Part shown: positions 1 to 12,361 of the stretch, piece after piece
How the letters are laid out: each line of letters starts with the position of its first letter
Position numbering within the stretch: the stretch's first letter is position 1
Source: Squalus acanthias
Taxonomy: Eukaryota
DNA: 64,000 nucleotides
Assembly: GCA_030390025.1 (NCBI GenBank)
Contig: CM059434.1
Span: 107,322,001-107,386,000 of the forward strand
Direction of reading: 5' to 3'
Made by a program: the position numbers and the translations under genes
The notes under the pieces: model-generated
Told to the model about the DNA's origin: nothing
Database searches by the model: none
What the model saw: the letters and a program-made list of their open reading frames with translations, nothing else

Positions 1-1419
1 ATGGAGAAAGCTACGAAACATAGCATTTTAAGTGTCCCTTTGATGAGGTGCCAGAGGTAGAGGGCTGCCGTGGTTATATTGCAGACTGAGGAAAAAGCTG
101 GTTTCTTGAAGAGAGCTGTGCTCTTCTGTGATTTCATTTTGAAAGCACAGCAACCTGAATGAATTATGGAACCACCAAGGTCAGATTAGATCATATGGTT
201 GAAATGAAATCACTGTCTGAGTGAAAATAAAAATGTGTTCTTTTTAATGTTAGTGTTACACTGTGGCTTCCAGGAAATGCATGGGTTATGCGCCATGGAG
301 TTTTTATTTTTGAATCCATAATGATTTAAGGAATTTAATTCTGTACATGTATTTTTTCACCAATTAGTTAAGCTAGCAATAATTGTAATCCAAAAATAGG
401 TCTTTAAAAATAGCTGAATTATTAGAAATTAAAAATGTTTTCTTAAATTCAAAAACTCCAAAGGGAAAAGTATACAATTGCTGTTACTGTTGACATTGGG
501 ACTGCCTTTATTTTGAGTGATAGACTGTTCAGTGGGGTGTCACAGTCTATAACACTAGAATCTGAACATATTAGTGTTAATTTTCTCCGAGGTCCTGTAT
601 ACATCTGTATACAGTGCTAATGTATCCTGGCCAATCCTTCCTCATATTCAGTGTAAACTCAATTTTATTTAAAGGAGCAACAAACAGTCCAAATACCTGT
701 CTGGACCCTTGATCTCACTCTCCACCCCCACCCCTATGGGAATGTGTCTCTTAGTAGTCCTTTTTCAAAAGTGTTTTGGTGGCGTTATGCTTTCACAGTG
801 CCACCTCCTAGGTACTTTTAGTAGAGTTGTTTGTGCAATAACAATTTAAGAACAAAATGTTATTTATCTTTCTTGAACCACAAACATGTTCGCTATAATT
901 TCCCTGCCACCTGCCATGGCAGAGTACTAAATTCCATTGTTGCTGTATAACAAGTGGACTATATAATGTAGGTAACCACATATGGTATGTATGAACATCC
1001 AACTTTGATTACATTGGTACTTCTCAAATATGAATTCAGGAATGGAGAGCTCTTTATAAACCCAATGTTTTAAGAAGCCTCCAGGTTACTTTGAAATATT
1101 GTAATAAACTTGAGACTTTATACCCCAGAGGCGAGAGAGGGAAAGAGAAGCTTAACTGAACTATTGAACTTGATGGGGAACTTGTAGTGTCTTGCAATGT
1201 TGTGATGCTGAGCTGCAAAGCCTTCCAAATAAGTCACAATGCAAATTCTGTGTACGTCTAATTCAAGTGCACTGCTGAGCTCCTCAGAGAGAATGTATTC
1301 TGAACTTACCTAGTGCACCATCAGTTTAAAGTCTATTCCACCTAGCAACTCAGTGAGACTGCTGATATAAAATGTGGACATAACTGCGAGAAAGCGAACT
1401 GTAAAAAACGCCTTAGAAA

Positions 1420-2030
1420 GACTGAACTTGCACTTATATACAACATAGTGCTTTATTACATCCTCAGGACATTCCAATGTGTTTTACAATCAGTGGATTA
1501 CTTTTGAAATGCAGTCACTGTTGTTCTATAGGCACTTGTGGCAGCCAGTTTGCACACAGCATGATCCTACAAACAGCGACTGAATGACCAGCTAATCTAT
1601 TTTTGGTGGTGTGGGTTGAGGAAGGAAAGCTCTTTTTTTTAAATTCAATCTTGGGATGTGGGCGTCGCTGGCAAGGCCAGCATTTATTGCCCATCCCTAA
1701 TTGCCCTTGAGAAGGTAGTGGTGAGCCACCTTCTTGAACCGCTGCAGTCCTTGTGGTGAAGGTACTCCCACAGTGCTGTTCGGTAAGGAATTCCAAGATT
1801 TTGACCCAGCGACGATGATAGAACGGCGATATATGTCCAAGTCGGTATGGTGTGTGACTTGGATGGTCTTTGAATACTGCTACAGGATCATTTAGCTGGC
1901 CGTACCTTCAGCACTGCAGCAGTCCCCTCAGTACAGTACTACATTGAAGTGTCAGTTCAGATTGAGTTTAAGTCTGTAGTGGAGTTTCTGACTCAGATGA
2001 GAGTGCTAACAACTGAGCCAATCTAACATC
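1420..2030 (-). mobile_element. Deu-domain-type SINE (SacSINE1-like), interrupted by a LINE 3' end
   Basis: Recurrent motif cttgca.ttatat..gc.ttt...gcagcca.tttgc.cacagca; related copies near 21290, 26400, 26960, 40755 and 53255. Confidence 0.6.
1633..1862 (-). mobile_element. 3' end of a CR1-group LINE (same family as 7993-8917)
   Basis: Reverse complement of the 3' UTR seen at 8700-8917 (gggcaataaatgctggccttgccagcga...cacatcc), with a poly-T at 1633. Confidence 0.8.
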
Positions 2031-2477
2031 TTAGCAGTGCCAGTAACAGCAGCTGTGGAGTTTAAAAAATAGACAATTTACACAAAACTGTCAATTAATG
2101 CTCTCTACTAGAGTTTTTGGCCAGGGTTCCCACTTCTGCACTTGTTAGCTAATGATTTATCTCCCATTCACTCGGTGGAAAATCAGGGTCAGCAAGTGCA
2201 GTAGTAGAAAATAACAACCTTTGAAATTGCTGAAGTCTGGATATGTTCATCCTGTCCAGCAAAGAATGATCTTTTTGCTTTATAGCAATTCAGATGTATT
2301 GCAGTATCGTAATTCACATTTTACATTCAATCAAACTAGTTTGAGATGCTTGTTAATTTTTAGATTTCCTCCCAATCCCTGCTGTCCTTTGCCCTAGTGT
2401 CCTAAAATAATAGCATATAGGTAGAAAGAGACTAGAACAAGAATATACTAATACAACTAAAGAGAAAGGATGGAAAC

Positions 2478-2636
2478 AGATTCAATAGTAGCTTTCAAAA
2501 CGGAATTGGAGAAAAAATTGCAGGGCTATGGGGAAAGAGCGGGGGAGTGGGACTAACTGGATTGCTCTTCGAAAGATTCGGCGCAGACTCGATGGGCCGA
2601 ATGGCCTCCTTCTGGGCTGTACTATTCGATGATTCT
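2478..2636 (+). mobile_element. CR1 LINE 3' fragment
   Basis: gctttcaaaa.ggaattgga ... gatgggccgaatggcctccttctg tail typical of CR1 3' ends. Confidence 0.7.
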
Positions 2637-4214
2637 AGCCACAAGCACCTAGTTTGTCTTCCTCATAATAATTTTCTTTATCCTACTGCTGTTCATGAGC
2701 TATTGTACATGCATCAAAGCAACTAAAGGGGTTTTGAAAGATTTTTTGTTCTAAACTAATTTGGAAAGTGCTCTAAAACAGCATAACTCCATATTTTTTT
2801 CTCTGTGATACTAAAATGCATTGCAAAATAATCCTAATTTTGGGTGAAAAATCAGCCTCCAATTCCCATTCATTATAAACCTGTATCTACTGTGCGTTTT
2901 TTTTATCATGGTTTATACTTAGAGCTAAATGTGAGCCTTGTGAACATGGCGAGAAACAAGTCTGCGCTCTCAAGCTTATAGTTCTACTGGTGTCCTCGTG
3001 ACTCAGGGCTGTACAGGTGAACAAACACACCAACCTTACATTAGCGTAACTACTAGCGAAGCAGAAATGGTTTGTGAAAATAATTTATGATTAAATCAGG
3101 ACTTTGAGGAATTGTGGACAAATTTGAACAAGTTGCTAATCTTTGTACCATAACCAATTCCACAATGCAATAAAACGATCACAGGAAAGACTAAACAAAA
3201 GCAGATGTCTCATACAGAAGTGATCAAGCTAATAAAATATGCTGCTTTCTTGGGTCAAATTTAGCAGTGGGTTGATATTTAGCCTGATGCATAGTCAGAA
3301 ATCCTTGTCACAAATTCAATTCCAAACTGGACAACAATTATACAATCTACCCCACAAGTCATATTCCCACAAATCACAAATAACTCTTTCGTGAGTGTCT
3401 TATGAGCTCAGTAATGACTCAGAATGAGAATCCCTCTTCAAACTATTACAACTAAAAAGGAAGGATGGAGACAAACAGAAGAGGCTGTCTAGCCAGTTAG
3501 ACACAATTTTTTGTGTGTGTCTAGTGTGATTGGTTCCCCATACCGTTTTTTTAACCTCACTTTGTGTAACCTGAATATTTTGGCACCTTTTACAAAGTTA
3601 GCCACAAAAGGTCGCCTCAATGAGAACATGTTCTCCATTAAATAAAGACTGAAGCATGGCAACAAACTAATCACAAATCCTTTGGGCTCGATTTTGCCAG
3701 GCCCGAGGAGGCGGGATTGGAGGCGTGTGAGGTGTTAAAATCGCGAAAAATGGCGGGCGGGCCCGATCCCGTCTCCATCCCTGCCTCCGAGCAATTTTCC
3801 CAAATGCGAGTTTTCTGACCCCGTCTCCATCCTGCCTCCAAGAGGCGGGATAGGCCCTTAAGGCCCTTAACAACCAGTTAAGTGCCTCTATAATCCCATT
3901 TTGAGAGGCCTTTCTGATTTTAACACTTTTCCCACGTGGTTCACGTCTCCTCTGAAACACGCCAGTGAAACCTGGCGGCAGCACAAGTGGAATGCTTACT
4001 AACAGCTGCAGCTCCACCATTAAAAAGGAGTTTTCAGCAATCATCATTTGCAGGTGGCAGAACTTTGTTGTCTCAGGTCTGGGGGAACTTTTAGCAGGCA
4101 TACCCATTGTTGTGGAAGTTTGGAGCCTGACACCCATCTCCAGTGTGACCTCCTGGGAAACCCCTCTCGCCACCTTGACTGAGCGCTTCTTCAACTGAGG
4201 CATATACCAGAAGC

Positions 4215-4557
4215 ATGGGAACCATTTATTTCCTTTCCTCCTGGACATCAGATTCGGACGAAGACCAGCTGTGGCAGCAACAGATCCATGAACAACAGCA
4301 CCACCACCAGCAGCAGCAACAACAGGAGCACCAAGCTGCTGCTCACCCACCTGAAGCTGCACAGGCCAGAAGGCGCCAGCGCGCGACCACATTGCTGCCC
4401 GGGATGCAAGGGTCGCACTCCTCTTGGCCATATTTGCTTAGCCTGCACAATCAAACACTTTTGCCTCGCACCTTTTTATCAGACCATCGACAATGGCCAA
4501 GAACCTGCGGATTCCTATCACTCTGACCACCTTACTGACAATTGCAGGTCATCCTAA
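4215..4557 (+). pseudogene. possible N-terminal remnant of the Harbinger transposase gene
   Basis: ATG ORF with an acidic SDSDED, Q/H-rich, then Arg-rich segment, convergent with the Myb gene. No DDE catalytic domain visible. Confidence 0.4.
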
Positions 4558-4699
4558 GCCCTCAGTGTGGAAGTCCCATTAGCGATATGACAGACGCCAC
4601 AACTGCAACAGTTGCCATCAGAATTTTTTATTTACAATAACCAACTGATGGCTTTTCAACATTAAACATGACATTTCACCCAAGTGACTACCCTTGTGA

Positions 4700-6715
4700 C
4701 TACTTGTGCATTATCTTCTTCTTACGCGTGCTCCTACGTGGTGCTTCCCCTGTGGCTTCAGCAGATGTGGAGGCCCCTTGCTCACTTTCTTGCTGCTCCT
4801 GTCTCGACACCTTTGGCGGGCGTCCTCTGGGGTTGCGAGCCTGCGAGGGCTCAGCAACAGTCTGCTGCTCCTGCAGCTGTGCAGGGGTTGAGACGCCGAT
4901 CTCAGTTGGGTGGGGACTCTGGTGGGGCTCTGACCGAGGACTTTGCAGTGGCATATTCGTGTGAGCGCTTGGAGAGGAGCCCCCACTTCCTTGTTGTCTA
5001 CCACCAACATCCCTCTCATGGGTCAGCCCCACTTCAGAGCTAGCAAGTGGCTTGACAGCACCTTGCTGCACTTCAGGGGGGGCCATGAGGACCCGTTTCT
5101 GTACTGGAAGTCCTACTCCCGAGGACTTGCCTGAAGGTCTGGTTTGTTTGCTCAATAGCTAACCATCGCTCCTCAAGAGATGTCAGTCTATTCTGAACAA
5201 TGACCATGTTTTCCATACCCTGGCAACAGCTCCTCGATGTACATAGCCATCCTCTCCTCTGCCGTAGCCATCCTCTCCTCTACCATAGCCATCCTCTCCT
5301 CTACCATAGCCAGCCTTACCATGGAGGTAGCCATCCTTTCCACGGAGGTTGTCATCCTTTCCGTGGTGATGCGTTCATGCGCCAACACCTCCACAAAGGC
5401 TCTGCTCATGTTAGCGATGGACTCCTCCATTCGCTCCACACTCGCAGCGACCCTGGAGACAAAACCTGCCAGAGACTCCTGCACCTCTTCCTGGAGTTCC
5501 AGCACCGCTCCTCTTCTGGATGGACCCGGAGGCAGAGGGTCGACATGCAGCTGAGCCAAGCTGGCAGAGTCCTGCGCCCTCTGACTAGGACTCTCCACTG
5601 CTGTCCCTGTCTCCACCATCTGCTGATGCTCACTTGTGAGCTGTGATACACCAGGTGACAACACTACACTATCTCGCGAAGGTACCACCGAGGTGTGAGT
5701 GTCTGCGCTGGTGCTGGGTGTGCTGAATTCTGCTGACGCTGTGCCCTCAGAGGTTGTAGCTTCCTCTGAGGTGTCTGGAAGCTCAGACTGATCCTCCTGG
5801 ATAGTGGGGACGGTCCTATGGGGGAGTAAAGGAAAGAGTCAGAGATGTGAGGCCAAGGTTACATGCACATTGAATATTGCAGATGATCATAAGTCAATCT
5901 GTTAGAGCATCAGAATAATTATCAGTGACTCATGCAATGTCAATGAGAGAGATGAAAAACTATTCTGTCACCAGCTTGCTCTGATGCGCCCGTCTGTCCG
6001 TCCCCCACTTGTGCATCGTCCTCCACTCCCACGATCTCCAGGGCCGCCTCCTCCCAGGGGGTGAACTGGGCTACTGAGTGTGGCCCTCCTCCTGTCCTCA
6101 CTCTTTCCCTCTTATTGTGAGCTCTCTTTTCCTGCAATGAGGGAGACAAGTGGAGTTTGAGTGCGAATGAAGGAGTGAGTGTAGAGAATCCATAGCATAG
6201 ATGCCTAGAAGGAGACAAAAAAGATTGTGAGGTGGCAAGACCAAGGGCCCTCCCTGTGTGTTATAAGTTGTTTTCATAGCATCACAGCGATAGGGAGTGT
6301 GAGGGCTGCATAGTTGAATAGTTAAGTGAATGTGAACATACAGAGAAAGGGAATGGGTAAGGGTGCAGGGATGTCAGTGTCAAGTGGGATGTGGAGGAAG
6401 AGGTTGTCAAAGCTGAGTGCTGGTGAGGAGAGGCAATGGAGATCAGATTGAGGGTGATGGGAAAGTCATACTTACTTTTCCAGTGCGCAGAAGGTCATGA
6501 AACCTCTTCCTGCACTGCAGCCAGGTTCTGCGGCACATAGATAAGGAATTGACCTCCTGGGCCACTTGCATCCACATAGCCTTCGTCTGCTGGGGAGGCT
6601 TCTTCCTCCCTGAAGAAGGGAAGAGCACCTCCTTATTCCCTCTTGCTCCCTCCACCAGAGCTTGCAGGGCGGCGTCATCAAACCTCGGTGCAGAATTTGG
6701 CCTGTTGCTGGACAT
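4700..6715 (-). pseudogene. Harbinger Myb/SANT-like DNA-binding protein gene (NAIF1/MSANTD-type), 3 exons: 6715-6476, 6131-5972, about 5815-4700; frameshifted in exon 3
   Basis: APRFDDAALQALVEG...WMQVAQEVNS...RRTWLQCRKRFHDL, gtaagt donor, cag|EKRAHNKRERVRTGGG, coiled-coil heptads, C-terminal RGRPPK and PRRSTRKKK. ORFs 5188..5688 and 4700..5155 are in different frames. Confidence 0.85.
5243..5350. repeat. 21-bp coding tandem repeat (tagccatcctctcctctacca)
   Basis: About 5 degenerate units encoding MAMVEER-type heptads on the minus strand. Confidence 0.8.
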
Positions 6716-7992
6716 CGTTGCTGAAATAAGGGCTTACAGCAATGGGCATGAAGTTTGTAGCCTGCAGAAGAAGCAAGGCTGCTTGCAGGCCTTAAATCCA
6801 GCAGCATTGATGACGTCATCGGAGGCGAGTTTCAGAATGGAAAGACTAATTGGGCCAGGGGTTCCCACATGCTGGAACTCAATTGCCCAATTAGGGGAAA
6901 ATCGCATATTTTTCCCACATCAAATTGGAGTCGGGTGGCTAACACGAAAAGCGGATGACACGCCCCCAGCCCGCCCCAATGACAAAATCGAGCCCTTTGT
7001 GTTGAACCATTCTTAAGAGATTTTGGGTCCGCACTAAAAATATTCTCTCGGGTTCATTGTCACCAGCATCTCCTGATCCCATATCCCTCACAATCAGGAA
7101 TTTACTTTTGCTACCTAATATTTACTCATACGATAGCATGTCTCGGGTTGTAACAATGAAACCGCTTGTTATGTGAACTGGACACGCTAATATCTCTCGT
7201 GCTGTATGGTGACTCTTCTGGCCATGTAATTTGTGGCCTCCGAGATAGACTTGTTTGAGGTTGAATTAATGGCAAGGATTTCTGCTTTTTCCTATCTTCT
7301 GGAAGGTGGGCTGATGAACACTAAACCAACAAGCTGATTTAATTTACATAGAATATGTCAGTGAATGGAACAACTTTTGAATAATTGTTCCTCATAAAAA
7401 ATTAACAACGTATACCAAGTTATGCTTGTTAGCAGGGTTAACTCCACTTTCTGACTGGAAATTTCTCTGAAACTAGCCAAGACTAAACTTAAGCTGGGAG
7501 CTCTCGCTCTCTGACCTCCATACAAAACCTCTGCAGACTATCTCCTTTCTTATGTGGAAAGGAAGCCAAAGGCTTGCCCTCTGACTTTGCCCCCAGTTAT
7601 CCATGCTCAGGAACTGGCTAGTCGAGCTACCAATTAAACCTACTACTGCCCTCTTAGGTTTCAGCTCCAGACAGCTAAGCCTCACTGAGTTCACATGAAT
7701 GAAGCCTTTCCAACACATCATGCATGACTATTCACTGGAATGTCTTTAATAAAAAACGTCCATTACCTGAAGTCGATATGGTGTGCAGGAAGCACCATTC
7801 TGGACAGGCATTTCAGCTGAATTCTATTCCACATTCCCTTGAAAAGAGAAGACTGAGAGGGGATATGACAGAAGTGTTTAAAATTATGAAAGGATTGCAC
7901 AAATTGGGTCAAAGTAAGCTTCTCTGCTGCATACAGAATTTAAGCATTTACAAATTAAGGACAATAAAAGAAAATAGGACATAGAGGAGGGC

Positions 7993-8917
7993 CTTCCCTC
8001 CATCATAAGGTCAGAAGTGGGAATGTTCGCTGATGATTGCACAGTGTTCAGTTCCATTCACAACTCCTCAGATAATGAAGCAGTCCATTCCCGCATCAGC
8101 AAGACCTGGACAACATTCACGTTTGGGCTGAGAAGTGGCAAGTAATATTCGTGCCACACAATGACTATCTCCAACAAGCGAGAGTCTAACTACTGCTCCT
8201 TGACATTCAACGGCATTACCATCGCCAAATCCCCCAACATCAACATCTTGGGGGTCACCATTGACCAGAAACTTAAGTGGACAAGCCACATAAATACAGT
8301 GGCTACAAGAGCAGGTCACAGGCTGGGTATACTGCGGTGAGTGTCTCACCTCCTGACTCCCCAAAGCCTTTCCACCATCTACAAGGCACAAGTAAGGAGT
8401 GTGATGGAATACTCTCCACTTGCCTGGATGAGTGCAGCTCCAACAACACACAAGAAGCTCGACAGCATCCAGGACAAAGCAGCCTGATTGATCACCACCC
8501 CATCCACCACCTTAAACATTCACTCCCTCCACCACCGGCGCACCGTGGCTGCAGTGTGTACCATCTACAAGATGCATTGCAGCAACTCACCGAGGCTTCT
8601 TTGACAGCACCTCCTAAACCTACGATCTCTGCCACCTAGAAGGACAAGGGCAGCAGGCGCATGGGAAAACCATCACCTGCAAGTTCCCATCCAAGTTACA
8701 CACCATCCTGACTGGGAAATACATCGCTGTTCCTTCATCGTCGCTGGGTCAAAATCCTGGAACTCCCTCCCTAACAGCACTATGGGAGTACCTTCACCCC
8801 ACGGACTGCAGCGGTTCAAGAAGGCGGTTCACCACCACCTTCTCGGGGGCAACTAGCGATGGGCAATAAATGCTGGCCTTGCCAGCGATGCTCACATCCT
8901 AGGAACAACTAAAAAAA
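7993..8917 (+). mobile_element. 5'-truncated CR1-group LINE (RT C-terminus + 3' UTR + A tail), nested in an older CR1 fragment (about 7830-9015)
   Basis: LPSIIRSEVGMFADDCTVF motif and YKAQVRSVMEYSPLAW. The flanks read SLEKRRLRGDMTEVFKIMKG and NFFT...WNRLP of an older CR1. Confidence 0.85.
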
Positions 8918-10317
8918 GGAACTTTTTTACTAAAAAGGTGGTATGTGGAACAGATTACCAGCACGGGTGGTGGAACAAGAAACCTTAATGGGTTTCAAGA
9001 AGGTAATGGACAGGTTCGTGCCAACAAAAGCTTACGTTTTTGAAACAGACCCTCATCCAACCAAACACAGGGAGCTCAAGAATGGAGACAATATATATAT
9101 ATTTTTTAAACTCAATAAATCAATGTTCAATTTCAAAATAAGAGATTTTGTTAAGTTAATACAACATTGTCTCTATGATCTATATATTAGAGTTACCAAG
9201 TAACCCTACTACTTGACATAGGAAAGCAATCCTGCCTGAGTTTTATGCTTAAAGTGATCTAGTACATTAGATTTGAATATTATGATTATGGAATAATAGT
9301 GTATCCTGTGATTAATATATAACTATACCCATTTATAAATAAATATTTAGATCACATTATTCCTTCCTTCTGGGAGATGTAAAGTTTTTTTGATTACACA
9401 GTTCGACATAACCAAGTACAAGTTTGGTTGACATGATTGATGTTCAGGATATCATTATTTTACGCAGTGATTCAGTTGCAGCATTGGTCTCTTTATCATT
9501 GCTTTTTTTCATAATTTCACTCGTTAGAGCTATTCTTGATCCAGCTTGGAAAATGGGTGATAAAACCTTGGACTTCTCCAGACATTCAGGCTATGCAGGC
9601 AGCACCAATGAGGTATTATGTCAGTGCACTGGCCTGCTAGAACATAGCGTGGTAGAGCAAGAGTTCTTGCCCATTGTTCTCCACATAGCACAGTCCTAAT
9701 CTCAGCCATAGCCGATTGAGGATGGCCACAACATGGAGGCAAATTGCTTCTTGTAAAGAAGGAAGGGAAAATAGTCAATCCGCAGCTCTTGTGTGTTCCT
9801 TCAACAGGCCAATTTAGAACGAGAATGTCAGAGTTCAGGTTGACCAGTTGTGCTCTTTGTTCAAGTGTGGTCTGGGAGGTGAGAAAAAAACTACAGAACT
9901 GGGAGAAAATAACTTGGAAAATATTAGCAAAGAAAGAAATGTATAAAATACAAATTTAGAGCTTATGACAATCATGGCCAGAGTTGAGCATTCCAGCTCC
10001 TGCCAAAATGTTTGAGTTCTTGAGATGACATAGCTGCTGGCTGGTATTGTGATGAAGAGGATTGAGAGCGCAGAGGAATGGATGTTGGAGTAGATTGCTA
10101 ATCATCATATGGGAAAGAGTTCAGGGCAATGACTATGGAAGATCCGGCAGAGAGGGTGGCTGCCATTCCCATGAGCTGACTTTTATAGAGCCTGTAATGA
10201 CGAGTATTGTAGGGGAAGCAGCAGTTACTGTGTTTGTGTGATACTGTTCGAGTACTTGGCCTCTCCTATTACAGGCTGCGCATTTGTCTTCTGACTGCTC
10301 TTTCATTCTTTTTCTAG

Positions 10318-10402
10318 GCAAAACTGATCTGATCAATAACCTGTTGCTTGATGCCGGATTTACAAGTGAACTTGTCACAAACTATTGGACTAAACAAAAG
10401 CC
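10318..10402 (+). CDS. CACNA2D1: alpha2delta-1 internal exon (C)[27 protein letters not shown](P)
   Basis: Pyrimidine tract + tag acceptor, gtaagt donor. Matches recalled mammalian [25 protein letters not shown]. Phase 1 in, phase 2 out. Upstream exons not found in the window. Confidence 0.95.
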
Positions 10403-11468
10403 GTAAGTTCTGACTTCCCATTAGTATGAGCTGTACTAAGTTTTAAAAAGTAAACTTTTGCTTCATTTCTTACTGCACAATGAATTTATATTTACACCAT
10501 AAGCACACATGTGCACATAGAAAGATGCATCTCAGGGAGCAGTGGTTTATAAAAAATCAGCCATTGTGTTGTGCAGGCTGCATAACCTGGTACTAGCGCT
10601 GGTGTGAGTGAGGTATGTTGAGTAAATCACTGGTCCCCAGTGCGAATTGTATTTTAATTACATAAACAATTTGTTTAAAAAATGAATTCTGGTTTTCAAG
10701 AGTTGAACTGTTTAAGTACAGAGGACACAGATTGTGTCTGTTTTAAAGAAAAATGAATCAGACTTGTCTTGTCAATTCAAGTAGCTTGGTACAGCATACT
10801 CCATTTATATGTTATGTGGAGTGGAATAAATATTAAGCACATGTTGGATTTTTTTTTAAATTGTATACTACACTTCATTTAAAATAAAATACTCATTGGT
10901 TATCATTGTGGAATTTGTGTTACTGGGAATGAAGCATATATTTACTGGTCTGCTCCCAGCCCATTCAGAATATACGATGGCACCAAGTCACCAAGCTGGC
11001 ATGAGGTGATCCTAAATCTCTCACATGAATACATCGGGTGGCTGGAACCAGAATGACAAAGGAATACTGTTTTCTGTTTTTTATTGCTTTTAATTAAATT
11101 GTTTTGATTATAACTTAAACCTAGTATTATGCTGGGGCAGCAACTGGTTTCGAATTGCATTTGGAACAAAAGTTAATTTTGCAAAAACTGCATTAAAAAA
11201 AATTGTGGGCCAACTGATAAACTGTTGCCAGCGGGGCAATTGGCAGGCAGGCAGCAGGTTAGTTTTCAGAGAAGCCTGTTCTTGGCTATTGCAGGGATTG
11301 AATCTGACTACCCACAAACTCAAGACACTGAATGAAAATGTCGAGAGATTCCATTCAATAAAGAATATTTGAATGATCTTTGGCTGCCTTTGTGGAAACT
11401 GTCTCACTGCGGATGAAAGATAAATTGACGGGGCTGATGGGATGAAAGTTTGCTTTTTTAAAGATATT

Positions 11469-12361
11469 GGGGGAAAAATTCAGTTGGTTGCGCCTCCCGT
11501 TAGCGCCTTAAGAGGGCGCTAATGGGGCGCAAAGCATCCAGCGCCCAGGCGCGGCGAAGTTTGCGCCGCTCGCGAAATTAACTAGACATTTTGCGGCGGC
11601 GCTAAACACTACCGCCACAATCTCCTGTGCCGGCAGATCATGACGTCAGTCGAGTGTGCAACGCCCCGGTATCGCCCCGGAGCGGATATTGAGTGGCGCC
11701 CCCTGCCTTACCGCCTGACGCTAGCAACGACAGGTTGAGGGGAGCGTTCTGCAGTCATGAAGGGAAAGGGGGAGCGCTATTTAAAGGTGACCGCTTCCTG
11801 CCTTTTATTGTTGGTGCCATTTTTGAACTACGCATTCTGAGAGAGAGAGGGAGAGACTTCTGGAGAGATTCAACGTTGTTTGAAGGAGTTTTGGGTACTG
11901 AGCAGCACTTTGCAGGTTCATTTTGATTTGCCATTCCTTGTATCGATTTAGCAGAGACTGTGGGGGCTGCACTCTGAGCTCTTTGCCTGGTACTCTCCAT
12001 TGTTCTTTCCAGCACATTTGATGTGCAAGTCTCTCCAGGCCGAGATTCAAGGCTGCAATGAACAGGATGTGGATGGAAAGCAAGATTAACCATCCCCTTT
12101 AAGAACTGGCCCGTGCCATTGTGTGTGTGTTCCATTGCTGACTGACATTACATGAGCTTCGCCAGCGCTCTGAGTTAGCGCCTCACTCCTCAGCCTTTGC
12201 GCCTTAAGACAGATGTGCAGCGCCTGATTTAGCGCTCCAATCACCTCCCGGGGCGTTAAAAGTGAAGTTTCCAGTCAGTGGCGATAATTAGCGCCAGGCG
12301 CTAATTTTTGCGCCCGGACAATATTTGCGCCCCAAATGGGGCGCGACTGAATTTTTCCCCC
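11469..12361. mobile_element. Harbinger-type MITE
   Basis: 16-bp TIRs GGGGGAAAAATTCAGT / ACTGAATTTTTCCCCC, att TSD at 11466-11468 and 12362-12364, GC-rich subterminal agcgcc repeats. Confidence 0.88.

Larger units (their letters stand above)
3684..6995. mobile_element. PIF/Harbinger DNA transposon, non-autonomous, 3312 bp
   Basis: Perfect 13-bp TIRs GGGCTCGATTTTG (3684-3696) / CAAAATCGAGCCC (6983-6995), flanked by ttt on both sides (3-bp TSD). Carries a Myb/SANT gene. Confidence 0.9.

Noticed and set aside
3667-4431. 254-aa minus-strand ORF
   Set aside because: It runs through the GC-rich TIR/subterminal region of the Harbinger element, antisense to the Q-rich remnant, with no recognisable domain.
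1-10317. Upstream CACNA2D1 exon (expected YC..L..SDNNTEFL..F)
   Set aside because: Not found on reading; presumably lies before the window.
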